From Octopus vulgaris (lineage: Eukaryota): DNA of 64,000 nt. This document shows, in pieces, positions 29,152 to 43,253 of the stretch. A model generated the notes under the pieces. The model did not search any database, was not told where the DNA came from, and saw nothing but the letters and a program-made list of their open reading frames with translations. The position numbers and the translations under genes are program-made. Every line of letters begins with the position of its first letter. The first letter of the stretch is position 1. The stretch covers positions 16,244,001-16,308,000 of the forward strand of contig OX597829.1 of assembly GCA_951406725.2 (NCBI GenBank). The letters are read 5' to 3'.

Positions 29152-29514
<363 letters not shown>

Positions 29515-29936
29515 TTAACAAATCAGAAAAGCAACTGATGTCAGTGAATTAAGTTTAAACCTGAAAAAATGTAAATGAAAAAAAAAAGAGAGAGAAACTT
29601 ATTTAAAAAGAAATTATGATTTGCATTTTATTTGTATTTTCTTCAGAAAAATATGTTCTTGCTGTTATTTTTGTATTATAATTTGTTAAATTTTAGGTCT
29701 TGTGCCTATAGTAAAAAGGATTATTACTATTATTATTAAAAGGTAATAAACTGGAAGAATTGTCACCATGCCAGACAAAATGATTACATTCAGAGTTCAA
29801 ATTCCACTGAGGCCCACCTTGCCTCTCATTCTTTCAAGGACAATGAAATAAGTAACAGTTGTAAACTGAAGTCAATGAAATCTACTTGCTCTTGATTTCC
29901 CTAAAATTTCAGTCCTTGTGCCTATAGTAGAAAGAC

Positions 29937-29970
<34 letters not shown>

Positions 29971-29993
29971 CATTATTATTATTATTATTATTA

Positions 29994-30380
29994 TGTTTTT
30001 TCCTTCCTTCTTCAAATTTTCTTCCGTTTCTCGCCGAGTGTTTTCCATACACCTAGGGCAGAGAAGCTCATTGTATGCATTCCCAGATTACACGCGCAAA
30101 TTCACAGATAAAATATGTATTTAAAAATTAATAAATAAATTCTTGGATGGATGCTGTTTTCATAGCGATAATGCTCTTCTCAGTACATGAGCCGTTCCAG
30201 TTAATACGATTTTTTGCACTTCCTGTAGGGATGGTAAGCCTGGAATCATTTTCAAATAGGTTTCAGTACCTTTTTTTTATCATTCCTAGAGATCCTACAA
30301 TCACTGGTACTGTAGTCGCCTTGAGATGCCACATTTTTTCAATTTCTATTAGCAAGTCTTTATATTTACTAATTTTTATT
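29994..30380 (-). mobile_element. 3' fragment of an RLE-type non-LTR retrotransposon (R4/Dong-like) in a (TAA)n tract
   Basis: KISKYKDLLIEIEKMWHLKATTVPVIVGSLGMIKK, then after a frameshift YLKMIPGLPSLQEVQKIVLTGTAHVLRRALSL*; (TAT)n on both sides. Confidence 0.8.
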
Positions 30381-32399
30381 TTTATTATTATTATTATTAT
30401 TATTATTTGTTTATTATTATTATTATTATTATTATTACATTCCAAGTTCAAACTCCTCTGGGGATCAACTTTGCTTTTCATCCTTTCGGGGTTGATAAAT
30501 TAAGTACTAGTTGAGCACTGGGGTTGATGTAATTGATACACCACTCCCCTAAAATTGCTGGCATTGCACCAAAATTTGAAATCATTATTATTATCATTAA
30601 GGTGTCAAGTTGGCCAAATCATTAGCATGCTGGGCAAAATGCTTCATGACATTTCTTCCGTGTTTATGTTCTGAGTTCAAATTCCACCAAGGTCAACTAG
30701 GAATTTGGTTGCTACTGATGTAAAAGAATTCAAAAAGAATATGGTTGCACACACTGAGTTGAAAGTCGCAGGTAGATATATGCAGGATATGAATCCTCTT
30801 CCTGAGAGGGGCATGGAAGAGTCTCTTTCATGTGACCAGTGTGGACATAACTGCTTCTCAAAAGCAACCTATTCAACCATATGCACAGCCAAGGAGGAAT
30901 CTTCATCAACCCATATGACATTTGGCATGATCTCTCATGCACCTTGAGCAGCAGAGTGTGTGTGTGTGGGGGGGGGTCATCCAGTGGACTCACTCAGCAT
31001 TGTAGGTCCCAACAACACTAAGATAGCCAGTTGCTGGAAGGCTAATTTGTCATTGGTGTAAAATGACCAGTAGGCCTCGGGGACCATGAGACATCATCAT
31101 CGATGGGGTGACCAAATGTCATGTTTCTTTGAGTGAAGTGGGTCAAGGAAACGGTCTTATTCAATCAAGAATTGATTTCCACCATGTGTAGGGGTAGAGG
31201 AGTAAGGGGCTTTCTATTGATGTCATTGATAAGCATTCAGTCACACGCATCATTTTATACTGACTGCACCAGAAACTTATGGATAAATCAGCGAGGAATA
31301 GTCAGGTGACTACAGTATGCACACACCTGAGGATGCACATGTGGAATTACTCAGTTAATCACTCATTGATTTAATGAATAATTAAGTCAAATGACTATAA
31401 AACAGAATACTAGTGCTTGTTATTAACAGAGGATCCATCATCAACACACACATATTTAGTTATTCCATCTTTTATCTTTTACTAGTTTCAGTCATTGGAC
31501 AGCAGCCATACTGAGGCACTGCTTTGAAAGGTTTAGTTACACAAATCAACCCCAATATGTTCCCTTTTTTTTTTTATTGTAATGGTAGCTTTTGCCTAAC
31601 TAAGTTTCATGGATGTAAACACACCAACACCAGATGTCAAATGGTGGTGGTAAACAAACACAAACAACAGGCTTCTTTTAGTTTCTGTCAACCAGATTCA
31701 CTCACAAGGCTTTAGTCAGCCCAGGGCGATAGAATACACTTGCCCAAGGTACCACACAGTGGGATTGAACATGGAACCTTGTGGTTAGGAAGCCAATTTC
31801 TTACCACACAGCAACCCCTTTACTTATTCATATTGATTTTTTATCAAAATCGATCAAAAAAATCAATGGAAATTGTAGTTGTGATACCAGTGCTGGTGGC
31901 ATGTAAAAGACCCATCCAAATGTGGCCGTTGCCAGTGCCGCCTCGACTGGCCTCCGTGCTGGTGGCAAATAAAAAGCAACAACCGATCGTGGCCGTTGCC
32001 AGCCTCGCCTGGTACCTGTGCCAGTGGCACATAAAAAGCACCCACTACACTCACGAAGTGGTTGGCGTTAGGAAGGGCATCCAGCTGTAGAAACACTGCC
32101 AGATCAGACTGGGCCTGGTGCAGCCTCCTGGCTTCCCAGACCCTGGTCAAACCGTCCAACCCATGCTAGCATGGAAAACAGACGTTAAACAATGATGATG
32201 ATGATGATTGCTTTTTGTTTTGTTCTGTTTGTTTTTGTTATTTTTTTTATCTGAAATAAATATTAACAGATATTTAGTTTGAATTTTCTTGGTGTTACCT
32301 TGTTTACTAGTTTATTTTGGCCAGCTTGTATAAAATAAGTGAGCCAATATATAATAAACAAGATCATATTCTAAATACACAAAACTCCCTTCCTTTTGT

Positions 32400-33005
32400 G
32401 GCCATTTTTTTTCTGTAGTGCTGCTCTGAGAAATTGTTCTCTCAATCAAACAGCATTTCTTTCTTCAGATTCCCTTATTAAAAAGCTGCAAGGGTGTTCG
32501 CTCTCGCCCCTGCGACCACCTGTGTTGGTGCAAAAGATGGGCTACAGCAAATATTCTGCTCAATACCACAGATTTACTTGTCAGCTGTTTGACCTTAACC
32601 AACTGATCATGTCCCTTGATGGCTGACGATATGTGCACCTCTGCTTATGAGCAGAAGTAGTCGGGGAGCATAATAGTCATGTGTTGAGAGGGATTCTCTG
32701 AAGTTTGAATAATCTGCTTCTGGAAATACAGGTGTTTCATTTATCATCTTTGAACAACTTTTATTTGGGGACCTTTTGAGTGGAATGGGCTACTTGACCT
32801 GAAGAAAATTCCAGCTGACTCCCACCTGCAAGGTCATGCACTGTTTATCTTGATATGAGGTCAGTATGTCATGCACATACAGCTTTGATGCATGTGCCTG
32901 ATGTACCCTTATCAGACAGGTAGCCATGATGGGTATATTGGGTTTCATATATTTGTACCCCAGTATCACTTTGATGGTATGTGCCATTCTCTCACTCAAT
33001 AATAA
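32400..33005 (+). mobile_element. Unclassified interspersed repeat, probably a LINE 3' end
   Basis: GC-richer block ending CTCTCACTCAATAATAA; weak CR1/L2-like peptide at its start. Confidence 0.35.
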
Positions 33006-33007
33006 AA

Positions 33008-33053
<46 letters not shown>

Positions 33054-35269
33054 CAAATTGTTCTAAAGCAGCTTTGTAAAGAAAACAAACAAAATAAAAA
33101 CAACAAAGGCCCCTTAAATGTTTTTTTTTTTTTAATATGAATTCAATTTGGTAATTTTATAATAAAGACTTGTGTCTAAGTCGGCAGATGAGAATTGGTT
33201 TGTTTATATCGATCTGAATTTAATCAGTTAATGAGATATATCTGATGTGAGTATTTTTGTTAAAAATAAATATATATAATACAAAAGAGAATTTTTTAAA
33301 AAAAAGACCAAAAATTAGAAACAACAAATTAATAAAAAAAATTGTAAACATTGGTGCGTGACCTGGGAAACTACAGGAGCAATGGTGCATCATTCCATGT
33401 GCATATCATCAAGATTGCAACACTATGCAGATGAGTGGCTGGTTGGATTCTGAGAGCATTCTGAACAAGGGAATTGGATATGATGCTACTACAATGGGGA
33501 ATATTTGTCTGCCTCCCAACTTTGGAACTGAAAGCTATACCAACCACCAAACTGGACACCACAGCAGAGTTCCAAGAGAAGGAAAAAGTATATCATCCTA
33601 CTTTTATGGAGAAGATTTGTTCTCAGTTGCCTAAACTATTCTCTAAACTGTGGTTATTTTGAGGTCATAGGGGTCAAGCTAACAGCAGGACTCAAGGCAA
33701 TCTAAGGTCACTACACAAAGAAGAAAGCCTCAGTACAACAGATGTGCAACTGGGAGAAGCTTAATAGAACTGTGCCTCTATTCCCTAGACAGAAGATGTG
33801 AAAGATATGCAGTCAATTGTATATGGAAGGTCCACAAAGGTCTAGCTCTCAGCTTTGGGATCGAAAGCTATATCAACCGCCAAACTGGATGCCACTGCAT
33901 AGATCCTTCGGAAAGGAAAAGGATACAATGCTACTTCAATGAAGATCATTCGTTTTCAGTTACCTGGTTAACTGTTCCCAACTATGGTCACTGCAGACCT
34001 AAAGACAATCTTGGTTTGTTTATGTCCTTATAACTTAGTGGCTCAGCATGAGACACTGATAGAATAAGTACCAAGTTTTAAAAATAAGTACTGGAGTCAA
34101 TTTGTTTGACAAAAATCCTTCAAGGTGATGCACTAGCATGGCCGCAGGCAAGTGACTAAAACAAGAAAGTGAAGGATAAAGGCTATCAACAATTTTTACT
34201 TCTTTCTCATTTTTAGTTTGTTTTTCATTAGCAGAAAATGTATTTACAGCATATATAATTAAGAATATATATAATTAAGAATGTATTGATTACGAACAAG
34301 CTGATTGGTATCAGCTATTAACAAATCTATAAGAATTAGATTTAACATCAATGATTCTTTATAATCATGTTCATGTTACAGGTTTAGTCACAATACGAAT
34401 AGCATAATGTGCATGTGTATCTTTAATCTTTTATCTGTTTCAGTCATTCAACTGTGGCCATGCTGGGGTAGTGCCTTGAAAGATTCAGTCGAACAAATCT
34501 GTCCCACTACTTATTTTAAACTTGGAATTTTCTCTAGCGGTCTTGTTTTGTTGAACTGCGTGTGCCCTGTGGTGTGTGTGTGTGTGTGTGGTGTATGTGT
34601 GTGTTGCATGTGAGTGTGCCTGTGGTGTGCATGTGTCCTGTGGTGTGTGTGTGCCCTGTAGTGTGTGTGGTGTGTATGTGTGTGTTGCATGTGAGTGTGC
34701 CTCTGGTGTGTGTGTATGTTTGTGTGTGTTTGTTTTCCTGATTGTATATATGAGTTTATCAGGCTCTTACAGCTGTTGACATATTTTATCAAACTCCAAA
34801 TAAAGTGATAAAAAAATTGACAGTGGACTTGCTATGAGGAGGGGAAAATCCAGTGTTTCGGAGTGTCTTTCTTCAGGAAGAAGTTGGAAAAAGAGAAATA
34901 AATGAGAAGCAGTAGAGTTTTACTTCCTCTAAGTTAAAAGTATTTATTACATTTGACTAAGTAATCAGAATGCTAAATAGTTATGCATAAACACACATAT
35001 ACCTATCCCTTCAGCGTTTAACCTGTCCATACCTGTCCCAAATATTATACTTGTTTTATGTCGAAACTAAGTTTAAAAAAAAAAAAAGTGGCTGCAGCCG
35101 ATGAGGAACGCAGGGCCATGTGAGCTTCATACAGATACAAGAAATGGTAGGAGAAGCAGTGTAGCAAGGAGAAAGGAAAGAGAAATGGAAAGAAGTAAGA
35201 GTAATGGAGGGGAGTCAAAGAATAAGAAACGATTTAATGAAGTAAGAGGATTTACAAGAGTAGAAGGAA

Positions 35270-35620
35270 GTAAACAAAAATGTTTATTTAAACCTGCCAG
35301 TGACATCGTGCCAAGTTTGAATATAAAGTGTTGTTCCCTCTGTTTCCTTGAGAATGTGAATCCATGGTGTGCAGCAATGCTGCACACTGATAAGTGAGTG
35401 ATCGGTTGGCACGTAGAATTGATGTGGGTGGTGACAGGTTGTCTTAGCATATGTTGTTTATTTCAAATACGCTCTCAAAAAGTAATGGGCAGTACATCAG
35501 GCTATTTCTCCAATGCAATGGGTGCCGCAAAGTTTTGCATACGATGCAATATAAATGGTTAGATGATGTACAATGGAAATTCTGATTAATGTGATTATTG
35601 TCTGTATATTTGTTGACCGC
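35270..35620 (-). mobile_element. Penelope-like element GIY-YIG endonuclease remnant (frameshifted)
   Basis: NFHCTSSNHLYCIVCKTL..CIGEI and HLSVCSI..RKQREQHFIFKLGTMSLAGLN match the PLE pattern FTCxSxNxIYCIxC..YIGET..RxxxExxxIxxLxTxxPxGLN. Confidence 0.8.
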
Positions 35621-35902
35621 TTGTCGGTGAGTGTATGTGTATGATAGTGTATTTTGTATCAGTTTCCATATGACAGCATATGTAGACACAAACAAAAATA
35701 GTACTGTGAAATGTGGTGCTTCTAAAAATTATTGTGGAAGCTATTTTTAAATACAATATCATGTCCCTATCATCTTTGTTGGCAAACAGAATAAAATACA
35801 TGGAATTGTCAAAGGAATAAGCAGGCAGGATGAAAGCATGCACAATAATGGTATCTTGTTTATTCAAAAGACAGTTTTTCAACACATCTTGTTTTAGCTT
35901 AA

Positions 35903-36340
35903 CCCTTTTGTTACCAAACCAGCTGAAAACAGCTCTGGTTCTGGGTACAAATACCTTGTTTTCATAAGTTTTGAATTAAAATCTTCTACCAAATTTTAGT
36001 CACAATTTATGTACCTAACACCAGCTTAATGATAAACAAGTTATTTTACTAAATTCTTTGTTATATTTAAAATAATTGAAAGAAACTCAGAGCATCTCAA
36101 CAGAAATATGGTAAGAAAAGGATTAACAAATGATTAATTTAACCCTTTTGATACCAACCTGGCTGAAACCGGTTCTGGCTCTAAGTACAAATACCTTGTT
36201 TTCCACCAGACCTTAGTCACAATTTATGTTCCTAACACTAGCTGAATGATAACCAAGTTATTTTACTAAATTCTTTGTTATATTTAAAATTAATTGAAAG
36301 AAACTCAGAGCATCTCAACAGAAATATGGTAACAAAAGGG
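35903..36340. mobile_element. Two adjacent TTAA-flanked MITEs (35903-36122, 36143-36340), TIR CCCTTTTG(T/A)TACC; third partial inverted copy about 50254-50465
   Basis: TTAA|CCCTTTTG...CAAAAGGG|TTAA; piggyBac-type signature. Confidence 0.85.
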
Positions 36341-38268
36341 TTAATTGAATGAACCAGTTTCCAGATATCTTAACTCTTTATCATTCAACTTATTCTATCA
36401 AATGTAATGTTTATTCACATTGTCTTGAATTAATCATGTGTTATCTCATCGCTTCAAGATTTCAAGAATATGATTGTTTATCTTTTAGAATGACATTGTA
36501 AGGGCAGTATAAAAGACCAGCTCTGGCCAGTTTCGACATAAAACAGGTATAATATTTGGGACAGGTATGGACAGGTTAAACACTGAAGGGATAGGTAGGT
36601 ATATGTGTGTTTATGCAAAACCATTTAGCATTCAGATTACTTCGTCAAATGTAATAAATACTTTTTCATTGATATTGATTTGAATTAATCATTCATTATC
36701 TTGTAGCTTTGACATTTCAATGGTGTGATTGTTTCTTTTTAGAATGACATAGTAGGGCACGTGTAAGAGGCCAGATCTGGCCAGTCTCAATTTAACACAA
36801 AATATCTGGACCAGATATGGCTAATTTAAATGGTAAAAGGATATATATATATACTTTTAGCCACAGGCTGAAACAGCTGTAAGAAGTGATTTTAATGATT
36901 TCATTAATGTATATTCAGACTTTTATAATTTGTATTCTTATCTTATATGTATTGAATTATAAGATATATATGTATGCTATTAAGGTTCTCATTTTGTAAA
37001 ATGAATAAATAATCCAACATTCTAATATCCAAAAGCTGATGAACAAACTAAATTGTTTCTCCATTTTCTTATTTGTATTATATATATATATATATATATA
37101 TATAAAGATGTATGTATATATGTATGTATGTAGCTTTGTATGTATGTATACTTATATATATAAGTATGTAGCTTTGTATGAGTGTATCTCAAATAGAATG
37201 AACAGCCATCACCACCACCACTGTTATCATTACCAGCATCATCTCATTTGTATCTTGAATGTTTACAATTCAGACCAAATAATATTCAGACAAAACACAA
37301 ACACATACACAGCATTTATATGTACATAGATGTGTGTATAAGAGCACTATCCAAGCATGATCGTTGCCAGAGCAGCCATCTGGCTTCCATGCCGGTGGCA
37401 CATAAAAGGTACCATTTGAGCGTGATCGTTACCAACGTCGCCTTACTGGCACCTGTGCCGGTAGTATGTGTAAAAGATTCGAGCGAGATCGTTGCCAGTA
37501 CCGCCTGACTGGCCCTGTGCCGGTGGCACGTAAAAAGCACCCACTACACTCTCGGAGTGGTTGGCGTTAGGAAGGGCATCCAGCTGTAGAAACTCTGTCA
37601 GATCAAGATTGGGACCTGGTGCAACCATCTGGTTTGCCAGCCCTCAGTCAAATCGTCCAACCCATGCTAGCATGGAAAACGGACATTTAACAATGATGAT
37701 GATGATGCCGACACACACCACACCAGGAACCAACTCTGGAATCAGATCTATAGTTTAAATTGGATTTTATACTTACATATTTACAGAATCCTACAAACAC
37801 AAGAAAGCTTCATTTTTATTTATTGAATCCTTACATCATGTCCACTCATGTGGCTTTAGTCAGCCCGGGGCTACAGCAGAAGATGGTTGCCCCAAAGTGT
37901 CACACAGTGGGACTGAAGTCAAAAACCATGTGATCAGGAAAGCAAACATCATACCATGTAGTCACGACTGCACCGACAATATCCAGTCTTTTTAAAATCA
38001 TCAACATACACACACATGCACAGCCCAGAACTTACAACTACATATTTATCTATTCATCCTCTCGGTATCAAACCAATGAAGTACTGAGAAGCTATGTGGT
38101 CGTTCAGCATACAAGAAACAACAACCCAACAACCAAATCTTTGAATGACAACTTACCAATGTGTATGTGTATGTATACACACACGCACACATATATATAT
38201 ATATATTGCCATGATAGATCACTAGCCACTACACACATTTTTTTCTCTCCTTGTTTCTTTCTGTGTCC

Positions 38269-38304
38269 CTTTCTGTAGAATAGCATATGCATGAAACGTA
38301 AAAG
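38269..38304 (+). ncRNA. Hammerhead-like motif, non-canonical core (CUGUAGA)
   Basis: cttt CTGTAGA ATAGCATATGCAT GAAA CG TA aaag. Confidence 0.5.
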
Positions 38305-38720
38305 ACTTTTTCTATTCCTGAGCGTTATACTAATACATCTGTTTGTTTTGTACACCACCTGTCTTCGTCTTTTGTTTTTTCGTAAACTCTCCCTATATAT
38401 ATATATATATATAGTAAGAGGAGGGATATGAATATCCAGGCAGATAACATGTTACTCTATGTAAAATGCCAAGGCTGGTTTCTTCCAATGGTCTGTTTTG
38501 AGGTATATTCCTAAAAAATGCCATCCGATATCATGGTTTATTTCCTGGTGGCTTAGAATGTAAAATAATAATACTAATAGTAAGGAAAACAAAGAATTTG
38601 AAAATTAAAACATTCCACTTGGCTTAGTGAAGAAACCAAGCAGAAAGTGTGAATGTGCAAATTCTTCACTTTAGAGAGAGTGAGAAAGAGAGAGAGAGAG
38701 GGGGGGAGAGAAAGAGAGAA

Positions 38721-38753
<33 letters not shown>

Positions 38754-38820
38754 AAGAAAGAGAGAGAGTGCATGCAAGTGTGTGCGTACATAAGTAAAAG
38801 AAGAAAAAAAAAGGGGTTAA

Positions 38821-39011
38821 ATTTAACTACAGCTGTTTCAGTAGCATTTCATTGGTGCATTCATAGATAGCATTATAGCATAAATCTGTTGAATAGGTTT
38901 TACTTTGCCTGTTTATATCTGTTTAATGTTTTACTCTAGGATGGTGGATTTATGCCATGATGTAATCTATGAATCATCAATAAAATACTACCGAAACAGC
39001 TGTAGTGAATT
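38821..39011 (+). repeat. Degenerate fold-back element (arms about 65 bp) with hammerhead remnant at 38930-39009
   Basis: ACTACAGCTGTTTCAGTAG mirrored by CTACCGAAACAGCTGTAGT. Plus strand reads tttac TCTAGGA T GGTGG...CTACC GAAA CAGCTG TA gtgaa. Confidence 0.65.
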
Positions 39012-40729
39012 CTAAAGCCAATCTGTGTTTTAACTGTACCTATACCACACTTGAAATTAACCCTGAGTCGGATCTACAGTTTATATTGGATTTGGTACCT
39101 GCAGTACACTACAAACACATGACACCTAATAACTGTCTTTATGTCACTGTGAACCTATTTCTTTACAACCCACAAGGGGCTAAACACAGAGAGGACAAAC
39201 AAGGACAGACAAGCGGATTAAGTCGATTACATCGACCCCAGTGCATAACTGGTACTTATTTAATCGCCCCCAAAAGGATGAATGGCAAAGTCGACCTCGG
39301 CGGAATTTGAACCCAGAACGTAACGGCAGACGAAATACCCCTAAGCATTTCGCCCGGCATGCTAACGATTCCGCCTTACCTGTGCAGATACCATTATCAT
39401 CATCATTTAACGTCTTCCTTCTGCTGTTAATGCCACAAAAAAGCATCCAGTACACTCTGTAAAATGCGCTAAAATTAGGAAAGGCATCCAGCTGTAGAAA
39501 CCTAGCCAAAGCAGACACTAGAGTTTGGCTTAGTCTTCTGACTTGCCAGCACCAGTCAAATTGTCTAAGCCATGCCAGCATAGAAAATGGACATTAAATA
39601 ATGATGACTGTGATAATGATATATTCACTGTTTTTACCATATATAAATATATGACTGATTACCAAATGATATCAAGTATTTTATACATACATTATATAAA
39701 TTATTGTGAACAGAAAAAGAGAAAATCATTTTTTTTGTCCAGCAAGGGTAGAAGTTTCCAAAGCATTTTTCTTTCTCCATCACAAATAGTTTCCTCGCTT
39801 TAACATTGCCAAGTTATTCCAACTTTAACTGCAAACTATGTCACCAAGTTAAGAAAACTTATTTGCTACTTGTTGTCAGACATCTCAATATACAAACCAG
39901 CTTATCATCACTACTACCACCATTGTTAGTTCATAGCTGTTTATATCATTAACTGCTCCACTGCCTCAAGTGCACCTCGGCTTCTGGTTCATTGACAAAT
40001 CTTTCAGAAACTCATCTCATTCTGTCTTATTTGCACCAAACGCCTGCACTCATTTTTATCCACAGTATCGAATTTTCAATGGAATATTTCTTTGAAGATA
40101 ATTGAAGTTTTGTTTTTCTTTTGTTAGGAGCCAGTGTAATTCTGAAAACTTAACAGGGTTTTCTTAAAATAGACTAATGATAGTGGAAGTTGCCTGTCTC
40201 ATGCTGACTCCACTAAAGGCACTGAAGGCCCAAGATACATGGTGCTTCAGCATTGCGATTTATTCTTGATTAAAACACTTCACTTCAGATTGCTCCAGTC
40301 CGTTCACTCAGCAGGCAAAATTGAGTAATCCAGCAACAGAACAGTGTCTTATCCAGTGGAGAAGATATACACCTCAGAATCAGCAAAGCTGGCCTTATGA
40401 GCCTAAGGCCCAGGAAGGACTTTTGATCCATTTATATGGAGTTGTGTGGCTTAGTGGTTAGGGTGTTGCACTCATTATCATAAGATTGTGGGTTCAATTT
40501 ATGGACCGGGTGATGAGTTGTGTTCTGGAGCCAAACACTTCATTTCACATTGTTCCCGTCTACTCAGCATGCAAAAATTAATAATCCTGAAGTGGAACAT
40601 CATCCTGTTCGAGAGGAGAGTGAAGAAAATATATATACCACAGAATCTGGGAAACCAGCCGTATGAACCTGAGGATTGGGAAAGGTCTTTGATCCCTGGA
40701 AATCAAATTTCTTACCACACAACCATACT

Positions 40730-40759
<30 letters not shown>

Positions 40760-40763
<4 letters not shown>

Positions 40764-41048
40764 CGTGATCACCGTGACCGACCAGGCTGTCAGATGTTGC
40801 TACACATTGCTGGTCACAATGCGCTTCGCATCGTTTTAGCCTTCAAATGACGCCACCCCGCTGGCTAAGCGAGCAGGCCAACAGAAGAAAGAGTGAGAGA
40901 AAGTTGTGGCGAAAGAGTACAACAAGGATTGCCACCGCCCCCTGCCAGAGCCTCGTGGAGCCTTTTAGGTGTTTTCGTTCAATAAACACTCACAACGCCC
41001 AATCTGGGAATCGAAACCGCGATCCTAACCACTGGGCCATTGCGCCTC

Positions 41049-41050
<2 letters not shown>
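40760..41050 (-). mobile_element. tRNA-derived SINE, third family, inside a TA/CA microsatellite
   Basis: Head TGGAGGCGCAATGGCCCAGTGGTTAGG...GGTTTCGATTCCC (A/B boxes); CpG-rich. Confidence 0.7.
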
Positions 41051-41095
<45 letters not shown>

Positions 41096-41572
41096 CAGAA
41101 AACACTTACCATTGGTACCACACAATGAGATTGACCTAGAACAGTATGATTGGGAAACAAACCTCTCACTACACAGACACACTCATGCCTATCTTCGAAA
41201 ATATCTAATTTACATATCTTACTTCTCTTACTGATCATGTCTTTCAATCATAAACTGTGGCCATGCTGGGGCACTGCCTTCAAAGAGTTTAGACTAACAA
41301 ATTGAATGGTATTTACTTTTTTTTAAGCCTACCAATCTCTTCAACTGAACACTAAATTAAAGGGATGTGAACATAAATATATATTTTTGATTAAGGCTGA
41401 AAAAGAAACCTTCACAAACTTTAATAAAAAGCATACTACTCTACCATCAACATCTGAGTACTACTTTTTATCCACCTTGTTTTGCATGTAAGTGCTTATT
41501 CATGTATGTTTGTATGTATGTATGTGTGCGTGTGTGTGTATATGCATATATGTGTGTGTGTGTGTATATATA

Positions 41573-41621
<49 letters not shown>

Positions 41622-41925
41622 GACGTTTCTTTCAGTTTCTATCTACCAAATTCACTCACAAGAGTGTAATCAGTCTATGGCTAAAGTAAAAGACACTAGC
41701 CCAAGATGCCATGCAGTAGGATGGAACCCAGAGCCATGTGGTTGAGAAGCAAGGATCTTACCACACTCTTTACTAATTTTTAAGCCACGCACTTATTCTA
41801 CTGGTCTCGTTCCTGAACTACTAAGATACAGGGATATAAACAAACCAACATCAGTTGTCAAGTGGTGGTGAAGGACAAACACAAACACATACATATGTAT
41901 GTATGATGGGTTTATTTCAGTTTCT

Positions 41926-42341
41926 TATTTCTTTACTGCCCACAAGGGGCTAAACACAGAAGGGACAAACAAGGACAGACAAAGGGATTAAGTCGATTAT
42001 ATCAACTTCAGTGTGTAACTGGTACTTATTTAATTGACCCCGAAAGGATGAAAGGAAAAGTTGACCTCGGTGGAATTTAAACTCAGAACATAGCAGCAGA
42101 TGAAATACCTATTTCTTTACTACCCACAAGGGGCTAAACACAGAGAGGACAAACAAGGACAGACAAACGGATTAAGTTGATTACATCGACCCCAGTGCAT
42201 AACTGGTACTTAATTTATCAACCAAGAAAGGATGAAAGGCAAAGTCGACCTCGGCAGAATTTGAACTTAGAACGTAACGGCAGATGAAATACCGCTAAGC
42301 ATTTCGCCCGGTGTGCTAACGTTTCTGCCAGCTCGCCGCCT
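41926..42341 (-). mobile_element. SINE A partial tandem dimer with 19-bp TSD, nested in a SINE B
   Basis: TSD TGGGTTTATTTCAGTTTCT at 41907-41925 and 42342-42360. Confidence 0.9.
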
Positions 42342-43213
42342 TGGGTTTATTTCAGTTTCTGTCCACCAAATCAACTTGACCCAGGGATATAGTAGAAGAC
42401 ACTTGCCCCAGTTGACATGTAGCGGAACTGAACCTGGAACCATGAGGTTTGGAAGCAAACTTCTTACTACACAAGTGCACCTACACTAACATAATAATAA
42501 TCCTTTCTACAACATGCACAAGGCTTGAAATTTTGTGGGAGGGGATTAGTCAATTTCGTCGAACCCCCCCCCCCCCCCAGGACTCAACTGGTACTTATTT
42601 TATTGACCACAAAAGATGAAAGGCAAAACTGACATCAATGGAATTTGAACTCAGAATGTACAGAAGGAAAAATTATGCTAAGCATGCTAACAATTCTGCT
42701 GGGTTTATAAGTTTTGAAATAGTTATTTGAAATCCAAAAGTTACTAGACCAAATATTTCACATTTAATGTAAACATAAATATAATTTTATACAAATCCTA
42801 AACTTAAACAAAAAAAATAAATTTTTCTTTTTGAAAGACAAAGTATGAAAAACAAAACAGCTTAAGATATAAGAACAGAAAGAAGATAAAGAAAGAAGGA
42901 AAAGTTTGGCATTTCCAAACTAAATGGAGGTTATGATATTTATAGATAAAAGAAATAAAAAAAATATAAAGAAAAAATTGTTTATATTAAAAAATCTGGT
43001 ACTCCATTGGTTATGATGACGTGTGTGACAGTTGATTTAATCAACAAAACAGCATGCTTGTAAAATTAATGTTCAAGTGGCTGAGCGCTCCACAGACACA
43101 CGTATCATTAACATTGCTCTCAGGGAGACTCAGCATCACACAAAAGGTGACAAAGCTAACATCGTGAGCTGAATAAATACTCTAACCACAAAGAGATGAG
43201 CCTTCCCTATTGC

Positions 43214-43253
<40 letters not shown>

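Noticed and set aside
40995-41050. tRNA gene
   Set aside because: A and B boxes are present but there is no cloverleaf; it continues into a SINE body. The same holds for other SINE heads.
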